Part shown: positions 8,398 through 17,577 of the stretch, piece by piece
How positions within the stretch are numbered: position 1 is the stretch's first letter
How the letters are laid out: each line of letters begins with the position of its first letter
Assembly (NCBI GenBank): GCA_000091165.1
Contig: FP565575.1
Span: 2,430,001 to 2,462,000, forward strand
Direction of reading: 5' to 3'
DNA from: Candidatus Methylomirabilis oxygeniifera
GTDB lineage: Bacteria; Methylomirabilota; Methylomirabilia; Methylomirabilales; Methylomirabilaceae
Length of the DNA stretch: 32,000 nt
Translations under genes and position numbers: made by a program
The notes under the pieces: model-generated
What the model saw: the letters and a program-made list of their open reading frames with translations, nothing else
Told to the model about the DNA's origin: nothing
Database searches by the model: none

Positions 8398-9222
8398 ATG
8401 ATGAGTGTCAAATTAGCGTCTCCCCCATTATCCACCGAATCCGATACGGCACACAAAGAGGTCTACCGTTCCAACAAGGTCAACATGCATATCAAAGCCA
8501 ACGAGCGTTTGATCCTCGCCCTCGATGTTCCACTAGGAAGGCCGCATGGGTTAATTGAACTGTCCGATGCTCGTGCGCTCGTGGAGCAATTAGACGGTGT
8601 CGTGTCATTCTTCAAGATCGGCTGGCCGCTCTATATGGCTGGAGGGCAGGCGCTTATTCCAGAGCTCGTTAATAAAGGCAAACGGGTCTTCTTGGATCTG
8701 AAGTTCGGTGACATTCCTGAAACGATCAAGAGACTCGTGCTTGTAGCTAGAGATCATGGCGTCAGTTTTATTACAGTGAACACCAGCTTTGATGCCGTGC
8801 GGGCTGCCGTGGCAGTGCGAGGCGAATCCGATCTGAAGATTCTGACGGTAACTGTTCTCACAAGCCTAGCAGATGCGGACTTGCGGGAAATGGGCGTTGA
8901 TACCGATGTTGAGACGTTGGCTCTATACAAAGCCAAGAAGGCGAGTGAATTTTGTGATGGCGTCATTGCTTCTGGAAAGGAAGCTGCGCTCATTCGTCAG
9001 AACGTACGCAAGGATTTCTTAATTGTGACGCCCGGCATTCGGCCTGTTGGGCGTGCACACGACGATCACAAAAGGGCGACAACGCCAACTGAAGCAATCA
9101 GTGCAGGGGCCGACTACTTGGTCGTTGGACGACCCATTACGCAAGCTGAGAATCCCCGGAATGCCGCCGCTAAGATCATCACAGAGATGCAAGACGCCTT
9201 CGATGCTCTCGCCAAGCCGTGA
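8398..9222 (+). CDS. pyrF: Orotidine 5'-phosphate decarboxylase family protein with N-terminal extension
   Basis: LILALDV, FFKIGWPLYMAGG, VFLDLKFGDIPETI (DxKxxD catalytic array kept), VTPGIRPVG, TTPTEAISAGADYLVVGRPITQAENP are OMPDC signatures. Confidence 0.88.
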   Translation: MMSVKLASPPLSTESDTAHKEVYRSNKVNMHIKANERLILALDVPLGRPHGLIELSDARALVEQLDGVVSFFKIGWPLYMAGGQALIPELVNKGKRVFLDLKFGDIPETIKRLVLVARDHGVSFITVNTSFDAVRAAVAVRGESDLKILTVTVLTSLADADLREMGVDTDVETLALYKAKKASEFCDGVIASGKEAALIRQNVRKDFLIVTPGIRPVGRAHDDHKRATTPTEAISAGADYLVVGRPITQAENPRNAAAKIITEMQDAFDALAKP

Positions 9223-9313
9223 TAAGTTGTAGCTTTATCGTCGCATTGGTTGCGGTCTAGCGAGATAAGGTTGCCACAACATCTCCTGGTTCTCTACCTC
9301 TGTAGTGGAATCC

Positions 9314-9585
9314 TTACAGCAACTCCTCCAAAGCCCATATTCTACTAGCCACCCCTGCCGCCATCGCTGGCGTCACCCGCAGGCTCCCATGAATCCGCAC
9401 AAAATTGTAGTGGGCAAAATGCAAGGCTAACGCATCCTTGAGATTTCGCAGGGACTTTGAAAACGCATTCGTCAGTCTTGTGAACCGCCGCATCTGCATC
9501 CGCATGGTCAAGTTCTGCCGCTCGATATACGACGTTGACACATAGCGAGGATCGCGGGGGTCCCGTTGATTGGCGTGGATACCAC
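9314..9585 (-). pseudogene. Transposase C-terminal remnant (DDE-type; IS family uncertain, possibly IS1-like)
   Basis: Minus-strand YVSTSYIERQNLTMRMQMRRFTRLTNAFSKSLRNLKDALALHFAHYNFVRIHGSLRVTPAMAAGV is a typical transposase C-terminus. The N-terminal catalytic part is absent. Confidence 0.75.
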
Positions 9586-9730
9586 CTCCGCGACTCGTTG
9601 GGGAGAGTAACGGCCCGGACCTGGATTCTCGGCCTGGCAATGCTGGTCGATACGCGGGGCGCCATGAGGGCGGCTGCTAGCGTTTGATGTTTCCATTCGT
9701 CAAGGCTCTGCATAGTGACCTCACGCGAGT

Positions 9731-12271
9731 CTATTCCAGCAATACCTCGTTCAGCTTGGCTTCCCATTCGTCCTCGTCCAGAACCTCGAAGCGGAGCACC
9801 TTGTCTTTCATCTCAAGCCCGAGTTCGTTCCAGTTCCGGGACTTCGCCTGCCGGGTGCAAATGTCGAACACCTTGCGGATGTAATTGGTCTTGGCGTTGT
9901 CCTTCAGGTGCAGACCCTTGGTTTCAACCACGTAAACGCGCTCGTAATCCGTGTGAGTGGTCCTGTCGGTTGCCGTGAAAATAAAGTCTGGATAAATCCG
10001 GTGCTCCCGCCATCCCTGGATCGAGTAGTCATGCCTTGCGCGATTTCGGAACCAGAAGAAAAGCCGATGCTGGTTCTCTAGATACCAGGCAACCGCTTTC
10101 TCGGTCTCGTTGAAGTCATCCTCCGGTACCGCCTCGTAAAGACTGAACTCAAGCTGCCCACCCTTCTCCCTTGTCAGACGCTTTGAAGTTGGCTTGATAG
10201 CAATAGATTTCGGGAAAGACCAATCGAGGTTGTTGCCGATGATCAGGAAACGAAGCTCGTCCTTTTCCAGCATCGAACAGAAAACCCGCTCGGCCAGTCG
10301 GTCTTTCTCGGCTTCAAGTTGCTTCCGCAGTTCTTCGATCAGGAAAACAAAGTTATTGGCAATAAGCCGCTCAGTATCCAGCTTGCCGCCTATCTTACGG
10401 AAATGGTTCAAGACCTGCTGGGCGAATTCGTGTGCTTGCCAGGGGTTCGGCACGACGTCACCGATCTGTCGCGTCATAAAGACCGGATCAACGCGGATAC
10501 CGCCTTCCCTCAAATCGTGAATGCCTCTGGCTTCAATCACTCGATGCCTGTCATCGGTCAGCGTGACGCCGATTTCAACGTCTTTCTCCTCGTACTCGGA
10601 AAGCGTCAATTGCAAGACCGGCGTCAACGTCACTTCATCCCACGGAATCCGAGCCGCAATATCCATGTCGTAGTTGACGGGCCTCCAGCCGTGGCTGTTC
10701 CTGACCATGAAAACTGGGAGAATCGCTCGACCGGCAGCCATCTTGAAGCGTTCGCGCATGTCGAAAAGCTGGTCCATGCCGTCGCCGGGCATACCGCCGT
10801 ATTCGTCTTCTGTGGCGATATGTCCGCGCAAATCGCCCAAACCTTCCTGGGCAAAGCCGTCACGAATGCTTTCCAACAATGCATTGGCGCGTTGCTGAAA
10901 GCAAAACACATAGCTTTCGTCGAGATCCCGGACTTGGGTCTTTCGCGCGTAGGGTTGTCTCAGAATACGACCGACAAGCTGGGTCAAGGCGTTCTGTGAG
11001 GATGGATTCGTCAGAATCGCGAGCACGTAAGCGAACGAGCAGTCCCAACCCTCTTGAAGGGCCTGCTTGGTGATGATGTAGCGGATTTTGCAGTCCCGAC
11101 CGAGCAGCCCGCCTATATCGTCAACTTCCTTGAGTTCATCCTTTTCGCTCGTTTTGACCGCGATCTGTTCCGCCGGGACGCCCATAACCTTCGTCAAATG
11201 TTCCCGGACTTGCTCCGAATGAATGTACCGTCCGCCCTCTTGATTCTTCCCTGTGCGCTCCACTTGAATCAGGCAGATCGGGCGGATGTATATGCCCGTG
11301 TTCGCCTCGTATTCCTTGGCCTTTTCCTCCAGCACGTTCCGCTTGTTCACTCCGGCAAGCAGGGTGTCTTTCCAGTCCGGGCTTGCCTTGTTTACGACGT
11401 GGAGATCCAACTTGATCATTTCCTCATGGTGCAATTCTCGGCCTGCGATGTCCACGAGGATATTGCTTTGAACCGGCGTCGCCGAAAGTTCGGCAACTAG
11501 GCAAGGATTAAACCCGCGCAAGGTCTCCTGTGCCCCATCACTGTAAGCCTTGTGCCCTTCGTCGAGTATAATAACCGGCGAAAGTGTTCTGAGAGTGTTC
11601 CCCAATGACGTTTTGATTTGCCGACCCCAAAAGCCGCTTTGCTTCTCGTAGGTGTCCAGATTTGGGAAGCGTGTGAGCGTGGCCTCTTGCGCGATGATGT
11701 CATCCTCTGGCGGAAAAAAGTCCTGAAAACCGCCGCTGTCCTTGAAGACCTTCAAGGTCTCTTTCGTCTTCCGGTTGGCCGATGGAAGCATGAGCATCAG
11801 TACGATAAGATTTTCCTGCACATCCAGCGGGGCAAAGTGGTCCGTCTTTTCGAGAATCAGCGTGTGCCCACCGCTTGCCAGGTCCAGATGTTGGCGGTAC
11901 GGGTGATCCCGGTCTTTCAGGCACTGAATCGTCTGGCGGTAAATCTGTGTTGTCGGGACAATCCAGAGCACAAGCCCCGTCTGGCGTTTCCGGTAGATCG
12001 TATTCACGAGGTCAATCGTCTTGACCGCCAGCAGCGTTTTGCCACCCCCGGTCGGAAGTTTAAGACAGAATGTCGGTAATGCCTGGCCTAGTCCATTTTT
12101 GTGCGGCAGATACCGGCGCGGAAGTTTAGCCTTCTCCCATGCCTTCGCCGCAAAGTCAAAGGCCATGTCGGGATCAGTTATGCCTTCGGCCTTCTTCTTC
12201 AGATCGGCCAGAAGTTCAAGGTAACTCCTAATCCCGGCTAACGCTCTTTGCTGGTATTCCTTCAGTCGCAT
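9731..12271 (-). CDS. res: Type III restriction endonuclease subunit Res (SF2 helicase + PD-(D/E)XK nuclease)
   Basis: 846 aa; LPTGGGKTLLAVKTIDL (Walker A), ILDEGHKAYSD (motif II), ELSATPV (motif III), IITKQALQEGWDCSFAYVLAIL, LVGRILRQPYARKT (motif VI); C-terminal HRIYPDFIFTATD...RVYVVETKG matches a PD-ExK nuclease core. Confidence 0.92.
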   Translation of the reverse strand: MRLKEYQQRALAGIRSYLELLADLKKKAEGITDPDMAFDFAAKAWEKAKLPRRYLPHKNGLGQALPTFCLKLPTGGGKTLLAVKTIDLVNTIYRKRQTGLVLWIVPTTQIYRQTIQCLKDRDHPYRQHLDLASGGHTLILEKTDHFAPLDVQENLIVLMLMLPSANRKTKETLKVFKDSGGFQDFFPPEDDIIAQEATLTRFPNLDTYEKQSGFWGRQIKTSLGNTLRTLSPVIILDEGHKAYSDGAQETLRGFNPCLVAELSATPVQSNILVDIAGRELHHEEMIKLDLHVVNKASPDWKDTLLAGVNKRNVLEEKAKEYEANTGIYIRPICLIQVERTGKNQEGGRYIHSEQVREHLTKVMGVPAEQIAVKTSEKDELKEVDDIGGLLGRDCKIRYIITKQALQEGWDCSFAYVLAILTNPSSQNALTQLVGRILRQPYARKTQVRDLDESYVFCFQQRANALLESIRDGFAQEGLGDLRGHIATEDEYGGMPGDGMDQLFDMRERFKMAAGRAILPVFMVRNSHGWRPVNYDMDIAARIPWDEVTLTPVLQLTLSEYEEKDVEIGVTLTDDRHRVIEARGIHDLREGGIRVDPVFMTRQIGDVVPNPWQAHEFAQQVLNHFRKIGGKLDTERLIANNFVFLIEELRKQLEAEKDRLAERVFCSMLEKDELRFLIIGNNLDWSFPKSIAIKPTSKRLTREKGGQLEFSLYEAVPEDDFNETEKAVAWYLENQHRLFFWFRNRARHDYSIQGWREHRIYPDFIFTATDRTTHTDYERVYVVETKGLHLKDNAKTNYIRKVFDICTRQAKSRNWNELGLEMKDKVLRFEVLDEDEWEAKLNEVLLE

Positions 12272-12274
12272 CCG

Positions 12275-14041
12275 TCACCGCGTGAGTTCGTAAATCTCAT
12301 AGGGCAACTGCGCAAAATCAATCCGAAACTGGTCAAGGTGTTCTTGGTCCAGATACTTGGTCGGTGCGAAGACCAGCCGACGTTTGTCCTTCTTTAGGGG
12401 CGGCAGACTCTTCGCCATGTCCAGCGTCAATGCCAAATTTTTCAACTTCGCAACGTCGGGCTCATAGAAAAGGAAAACCTGGTAATTCCGACTCTCGCCG
12501 ATGAAGCGCCTCTTTTCGTTAATTGCCCTCTCGTCGAATTCCTCGCCGGTCGCCGTGTAGAAAACGTAACGGGCAAGTTCTTCGTAGGTCGGCAAGCCGT
12601 TGCCATCGAGGATGCTTTCAAGTTCGATGGCCTTGCCGAGCTTGAAGAAGCTGAACGAACCGCCGAGGCCCTTTCTCAGAGCCTCGTCCTTCGATATCGG
12701 CACACCCTTGATTACGCGCCGAACACGCTCCGCTGTAATGGAATCCGCATAGTCTTCGCACTCAACCAGAATGAAGCGGCGAGAGCCCTTGTCGGACTCA
12801 TTCAAAGCAAGGACGGCGTGGCCGGTAGTGCCAGTGCCAGCGAAGGAGTCAAGAACAAGGGCGCGTTGGTTTCCTTGAGTGACATATCGAATCAGACGAG
12901 CAAGAACCTCATGGTCTTTGGGATTCTCGAACACTTTCTTGCCGAAAATGCTGACAAGCACGTTTGTTGCCTGCAAAGCGCTCCTGTAAAAGTAACTCCC
13001 CGCAACCTGGATGCCGATATCCGATGCGTCCTCTTCTTCGCCATTTCCGTTACTCTCAGGAGACAAAGAGCGCACGAGATACGTTTTCCGAATGGGTGGT
13101 TCTGTGTGATCCTCGCGGAAGACGACAACGCCAGCGGCAATCATCTCATTCATCTTCTCAATCGTGGCATATCGCCAGCCACCTTCCGGCACCACACAAG
13201 GTTTGCGTGTCTTGGGATGGATTACATCGTAAGAAGGACCGCCGCCGCCCGGCCATGACATATTGTCATCACGCCACACGCCATTATCATCGACATTTCC
13301 GTACCGCGAATGCTTCTTCGATGGGTGGTTCTTGGGGAGTTGTTTGTAGAAGTCACGTAATCCTTCCTGAATAGCATTGCTGTCGCTGCCATGTAGCGCA
13401 CGAAGGCGAAGGTATTCGTCCTGAATCTCTTTCGCGCCCGGCTTGTCTTCGCGCCAAATGGTTTTGCGCTGTTTAAGCGTGTCCATCGACCGGGCATAAA
13501 TCAGGATGTACTCATGGCCCACGGAAAACAGTTTGGCATCGTTTTTTCGGCCCTTCTCGCAGACCAATTGGGCAATGAAATTCTCCTCGCCGAAAACCTC
13601 GTCCATGAGACAACGAAAATGGTGCGCCTCGTTGTCGTCAATCGAAACCATAATGACACCTTCGCTCTTCAGTAGGTCTTTAAGAATCTTCAGCCGGGGC
13701 ATCATCATGCAGAGCCACTTGTCATGTCGGGTCAGGTCCTCTCGGTCAACGACCTTGCCCAGCCAGTCCTGCATCATGGGCGAATTAACGCTGTCATTAT
13801 AGGCCCACTTTTCATTGCCCGTGTTGTACGGGGGATCAATGTAGATACAGTCGATCTTCCCGGCGTAAAGCGGAAGGAGCGCCTTCAGTGCCTTAAGGTT
13901 ATCGCCGTAGATAATCAGGTTGTCATGCAGAGTCACCTTGTCCGTCAGGCTCTTGGCCTTGACCGGGACAAGTTCGTGATACTTCACTAGCAAATGATGA
14001 TTCTGCACGAACGTTTTGCCCTTAAACTGTAGTTGCGCCAT
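12275..14041 (-). CDS. mod: Type III DNA methyltransferase Mod (adenine-specific, beta-class)
   Basis: 588 aa; CIYIDPPYNTGNEKWAYND (motif IV DPPY) precedes LVLDSFAGTGTTGHAVLALN (motif I), giving the beta-class order; MVSIDDNEAHHFRCLMDEVFGEENFIAQL is typical of Mod. 3 nt upstream of res. Confidence 0.93.
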   Translation of the reverse strand: MAQLQFKGKTFVQNHHLLVKYHELVPVKAKSLTDKVTLHDNLIIYGDNLKALKALLPLYAGKIDCIYIDPPYNTGNEKWAYNDSVNSPMMQDWLGKVVDREDLTRHDKWLCMMMPRLKILKDLLKSEGVIMVSIDDNEAHHFRCLMDEVFGEENFIAQLVCEKGRKNDAKLFSVGHEYILIYARSMDTLKQRKTIWREDKPGAKEIQDEYLRLRALHGSDSNAIQEGLRDFYKQLPKNHPSKKHSRYGNVDDNGVWRDDNMSWPGGGGPSYDVIHPKTRKPCVVPEGGWRYATIEKMNEMIAAGVVVFREDHTEPPIRKTYLVRSLSPESNGNGEEEDASDIGIQVAGSYFYRSALQATNVLVSIFGKKVFENPKDHEVLARLIRYVTQGNQRALVLDSFAGTGTTGHAVLALNESDKGSRRFILVECEDYADSITAERVRRVIKGVPISKDEALRKGLGGSFSFFKLGKAIELESILDGNGLPTYEELARYVFYTATGEEFDERAINEKRRFIGESRNYQVFLFYEPDVAKLKNLALTLDMAKSLPPLKKDKRRLVFAPTKYLDQEHLDQFRIDFAQLPYEIYELTR

Positions 14042-14052
14042 GAAGACCTCGC

Positions 14053-17000
14053 TTAATCATTGTGGGCAAACCGGTATTTGCGCTCCCGCGCAAGAAATGC
14101 ATCCTTCCCGCCTTCAAGAATCTTGGTTACCCGTTCGCGCACGCTCTCATTATCGATGCCACCTTCCCCGGCAATGTGTCCCCTGATTTGAGGAAGCCCA
14201 TCTTCGGGGCTTTCTCTGGGTTCAGTGTCCAGAACGACGATTTTTTCACTTTCGGCGTTGACCAGCATATTGGCGTTATGGGTTGCAAAAATGATCTGTT
14301 GCTGGTGCTTCAGCTCTTGAATGGCCGGCAGAATGTCATTTGTGATGAATGCGTTGTCGAGGTCGTCTTCAGGTTGGTCAATCACCAGCAACCCATCGGT
14401 CTGCGCGAGCAAAATCAGGAAAAGTGCCGTTGCCTTTTGCCCAACGGATGCTTGCTGAATCGAGATGTAGTCTTCGGTATCAACTTTACGCCGCAATTCC
14501 ATGTTCACCGAGTCCGGGACGTACTGACATAGCAGCCGGCCGATTTGTTTGTCATCAAAGCTCGTCATCAAGTCCACCACTTTGGCAAGGATCGGCCCGG
14601 CCCACGAGCATGCCGTCGGTCCCTTGTCGGGGACGGTTCGTCCCAGGGTCTTGTCTTGGCCGTGCTCAAAAACAGCAAGCATGTAGTCCGCAAGTTCGGT
14701 CCACAATTCCGCGGGATGCGAGGACAAGGAACGAGCGGGCACTTCCTTTCGGATAGCTATCTCAAGCTGCTCTGCGTCTCGGCTGTTGAACTTGCGGCCA
14801 TCCTTGACGTACCCCTGAAAGTCCGAAATTGCCCGCCGGATGTCACCGGCATGGACAACCCTCATTCGCACGCGCTGCTTTGTGCTCGTTGTCAGGGCAT
14901 CGGCTAAGTTCACGTAGATCTCGCCCTCCTCGGATCGGCATTGCCGCAAACGGGAGACCAATTCGCGTCGCTGTGTACGTGCTTGGTTCAGCCGGGTATC
15001 CAGTTCGTCAAAGTGCGAGATGCGCGAGTCAATTTCCTGCAGCCGGGCCTGAAGAGGCTCAAGAAGAGTGAGGTTGATCTTATTGGCCTCCATCTCTTTC
15101 TTGGCTTCGCCGTATGCCACGGAATGCTCGGCGATTCGTTCGGTTATCAGCGCGTTCTCTGTGCTCTGCGCCAGAGCATCGGTATTTTTCAGCCAGGAAG
15201 TTGCCACGCCTCTGAGGGCAGCAATTAGGTCATCCACCTGCTTGAGAGCGGCGGTGCGCACGGTCAAAAGAGAGGATTCCGCGCCCGTTTGAGTATCAGG
15301 CAACGTCTTTGATGCGCGCCTCTTCTTATCCTCTATCGCTTTGACGGCCTTAGTCTGTTCGGCGTGGATGTCGCTCAGGGCAGCAAACAGATCGTTTCGT
15401 GCCGTTTCAAGAAGCGTGAACTGCTGATGTGACTGAAATGCCGGATGTGCAGCGCGACTCTTAATCTTAAGAAGTTCCTCGTTGAGGCGTGCGCGCTCCG
15501 CTACCAAACGCGGCTTCTGGATGAGTTCCAGTGCCCATGATGCCATATCCACAGAGAGTTTTTCGATTTCGTCCGCGAGTTGACGCGCTTGGCGCTCCTT
15601 CGCGTCCACCTGTGAGAGCTGGTCGGACTTCAGAAAGGAAAAGAGGTTGACTCCGCCCCGCCGTTCCGGGTCGAGCGAGAAAAATGACTCGTCACGGACT
15701 ATGTTGGCAAGTTCGCGTTGACCGAAAAATCTGAGATTCAACAGAGCCGACGGAGATCGCGTCGAGACCGGAACCCCGCCTTCGCAGCGTTCGTCCGCGC
15801 ATTCGAGGATTTCTGGTGGACCTTCTCCTTTTCGCCGGATGCGGTAGAACTTCTGACCGCCTTTAACGGAAAGGTCGATTTCTGTTTCGGGCAAGAGTGT
15901 GCCATCGGTCTTGTCCTCTTTCCGAAGCCATAAAATACCTTTATTTGGGCGGTCATACGTTTCACCGGCGCGCTGGTATTGGCAAGCGTGGGAAACGTAT
16001 TCGAGGAGGCAGGATTTGCCAGTGCCTCGTCCCCCTATGAGGCATGTCATGTGTGGGTTGAAGTCCAGTTGAAGATCGTCAAAGAAAACGGTTTTTCGGA
16101 CCCGCATACGGAGAATGGTCCAGTCTGGATCATGAAATATTGCTGGGGAAAGGAATGTCTTGTTGTTGAGGAGTGCCTGCCGAACTCCTTCAATCGTGAA
16201 ACTACCGAGTTTCACATAAGAAAGCATCGCAGGCTGGAGAGCGTCAAAGGTGCGCGCGTCTGAGGTCTGCAACCATGCAACGGGTGCGTCGGTGTAGTCT
16301 TCGAGCTCACCGTTGAGAACACGCTTAGTAAAATCATCCAGCTCAGTGTATGGCTTGCTTATTATGAAGCCATCGGCTAGTCCGACAACTTGACGGAAAA
16401 TGTTGCGGAGTCGGGTTGCCGTGTCTCGGTCTTCAAGGATGCCTTTGTGGCCAGTAGCAACAACAAGGGCAATGAGTCGAGAGCGGAAGCGGTCATGCGC
16501 TCGGTCCAACAGGCTACAGAGGTTCAATCTGCTTTCATGCCATCGCCCCTGTTGAAGTTCCAGACTCTCGTGGACACGGGTGTCCAGGTCATTGACCTCG
16601 TTGTCGTCCGGGTTTGCCAAAAGGATGACTTGGATTTGGTCGGATGAGGTTAGCTCATAACCGGGGAATACAACCGGGACATCTTGTCGTCCTGCTGCCA
16701 ACATGCGGCGCGCAACATCCCGTACGGTCTTTGCGCCACCGTGAAAGATGCTGTTGTGCTGTGGTATGCCAATAACCTGTCGACCCGACTGGAAAACTCG
16801 GGGCAAGTAATCCTCTTCAATGAACTGATCCAATGGCTTGTTGCCGGTCGGGTCTTGCCAGTCTGGGTGAGCGTGCAGGTGAAAATCACAGGCATAAGGG
16901 CGAGCGCCCAGCTTTTCCCGGTCACTGTCCCGAAATGAAACTCTCGAGTTATTCCTTGTCACTGCAAGACTCCTCATGGTCAAAATGTTAAGTCCACAGT

Positions 17001-17064
17001 GTAACCGGTCTTTCGCACAAGTGAAAAACCAGAGAGCCGAATGAAGCAAAACCCTGTGGGCCAC
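14053..17064 (-). CDS. PHP-like domain plus SMC/ABC-type coiled-coil ATPase (TrlF-like); the start is probably the ATG at 16977 rather than 17064
   Basis: N-terminus CDFHLHAHPDW...GIPQHN...VVFPGYELTS...SDAR resembles a partly degenerate PHP domain. IGGRGTGKSCLLEYV is Walker A. A long Glu/Lys/Arg-rich coiled-coil follows, then SVGQKATALFLILLAQTDGLLVIDQPEDDLDNAFI (ABC-like signature, Walker B/D-loop) and IIFATHNANML (switch His). Lies 11 nt upstream of mod. Confidence 0.85.
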   Translation of the reverse strand: MAHRVLLHSALWFFTCAKDRLHCGLNILTMRSLAVTRNNSRVSFRDSDREKLGARPYACDFHLHAHPDWQDPTGNKPLDQFIEEDYLPRVFQSGRQVIGIPQHNSIFHGGAKTVRDVARRMLAAGRQDVPVVFPGYELTSSDQIQVILLANPDDNEVNDLDTRVHESLELQQGRWHESRLNLCSLLDRAHDRFRSRLIALVVATGHKGILEDRDTATRLRNIFRQVVGLADGFIISKPYTELDDFTKRVLNGELEDYTDAPVAWLQTSDARTFDALQPAMLSYVKLGSFTIEGVRQALLNNKTFLSPAIFHDPDWTILRMRVRKTVFFDDLQLDFNPHMTCLIGGRGTGKSCLLEYVSHACQYQRAGETYDRPNKGILWLRKEDKTDGTLLPETEIDLSVKGGQKFYRIRRKGEGPPEILECADERCEGGVPVSTRSPSALLNLRFFGQRELANIVRDESFFSLDPERRGGVNLFSFLKSDQLSQVDAKERQARQLADEIEKLSVDMASWALELIQKPRLVAERARLNEELLKIKSRAAHPAFQSHQQFTLLETARNDLFAALSDIHAEQTKAVKAIEDKKRRASKTLPDTQTGAESSLLTVRTAALKQVDDLIAALRGVATSWLKNTDALAQSTENALITERIAEHSVAYGEAKKEMEANKINLTLLEPLQARLQEIDSRISHFDELDTRLNQARTQRRELVSRLRQCRSEEGEIYVNLADALTTSTKQRVRMRVVHAGDIRRAISDFQGYVKDGRKFNSRDAEQLEIAIRKEVPARSLSSHPAELWTELADYMLAVFEHGQDKTLGRTVPDKGPTACSWAGPILAKVVDLMTSFDDKQIGRLLCQYVPDSVNMELRRKVDTEDYISIQQASVGQKATALFLILLAQTDGLLVIDQPEDDLDNAFITNDILPAIQELKHQQQIIFATHNANMLVNAESEKIVVLDTEPRESPEDGLPQIRGHIAGEGGIDNESVRERVTKILEGGKDAFLARERKYRFAHND

Positions 17065-17291
17065 CTGAGAAGCGTATATAAAAGGAGTGGACGGCGGGAG
17101 ACCCTTTCGCCCACAAGATGAGGATAATGATACGTCAAACGATACTCCCCTTCAAGCTGGAACAGGCGGATGGTAGTATCCTGATTTGGAAGTAGGTGCA
17201 CTCACGAGATCTTCAAGTTAGGATACTACCCTGAACCCCGAGCATAGTGATTGATCGCGCAACTCATTTATCTGTCTGCCGTTGGTTAGAA

Positions 17292-17345
17292 CACCCCCTC
17301 ACCCACACCCTCTCCCCGAAATGGGGGCGAGGGGAAGGGAGGGAT
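17292..17345. repeat. C/G-rich dispersed hairpin element related in style to 953-1021
   Basis: CACCCCCTCACCCACACCCTCTCCCCGAAATGGGGGCGAGGGGAAGGGAGGG: complementary CCCTCTCCCC / GGGGGCGAGGG arms. Confidence 0.55.
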
Positions 17346-17369
17346 TTCATGCTCATGGGTGTGCCGCAG

Positions 17370-17457
17370 GCGCATAGGATATTGCGAGCACCCAAGGGTT
17401 CGCGGCAATCTCGGTGCAGAACGGCGGGATTGCTTCGCTACACTCGCAATGACGCAT
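17370..17457. repeat. Dispersed '...gcaatctc...ggattgcttcgctacactcgcaatgacg' repeat, copy 2
   Basis: AGGATATTGCGAGCACCC...GCGGCAATCTCGG...GGGATTGCTTCGCTACACTCGCAATGACG, same orientation as the 8055-8155 copy. Confidence 0.65.
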
Positions 17458-17577
17458 CCCAATGTCCATTCCCCGGTGAGCCCCTATCAGCTTTACAAGA
17501 TTCAGCGTTTCCGATAAGATGAATATTTTCGTTGCAGCGGTCGGCTGCGCTGTCTGGAGTCCGGGGAGAGTTCGAGT

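Noticed and set aside
10319-10999. 226-aa plus-strand ORF inside res
   Set aside because: Antisense shadow of the Res helicase region; no domain signature.
12275-14041. Possible phase-variable mod gene
   Set aside because: Phase-variable type III mod genes carry simple tandem repeats. No homopolymer or tandem repeat tract was seen in or before this mod gene.
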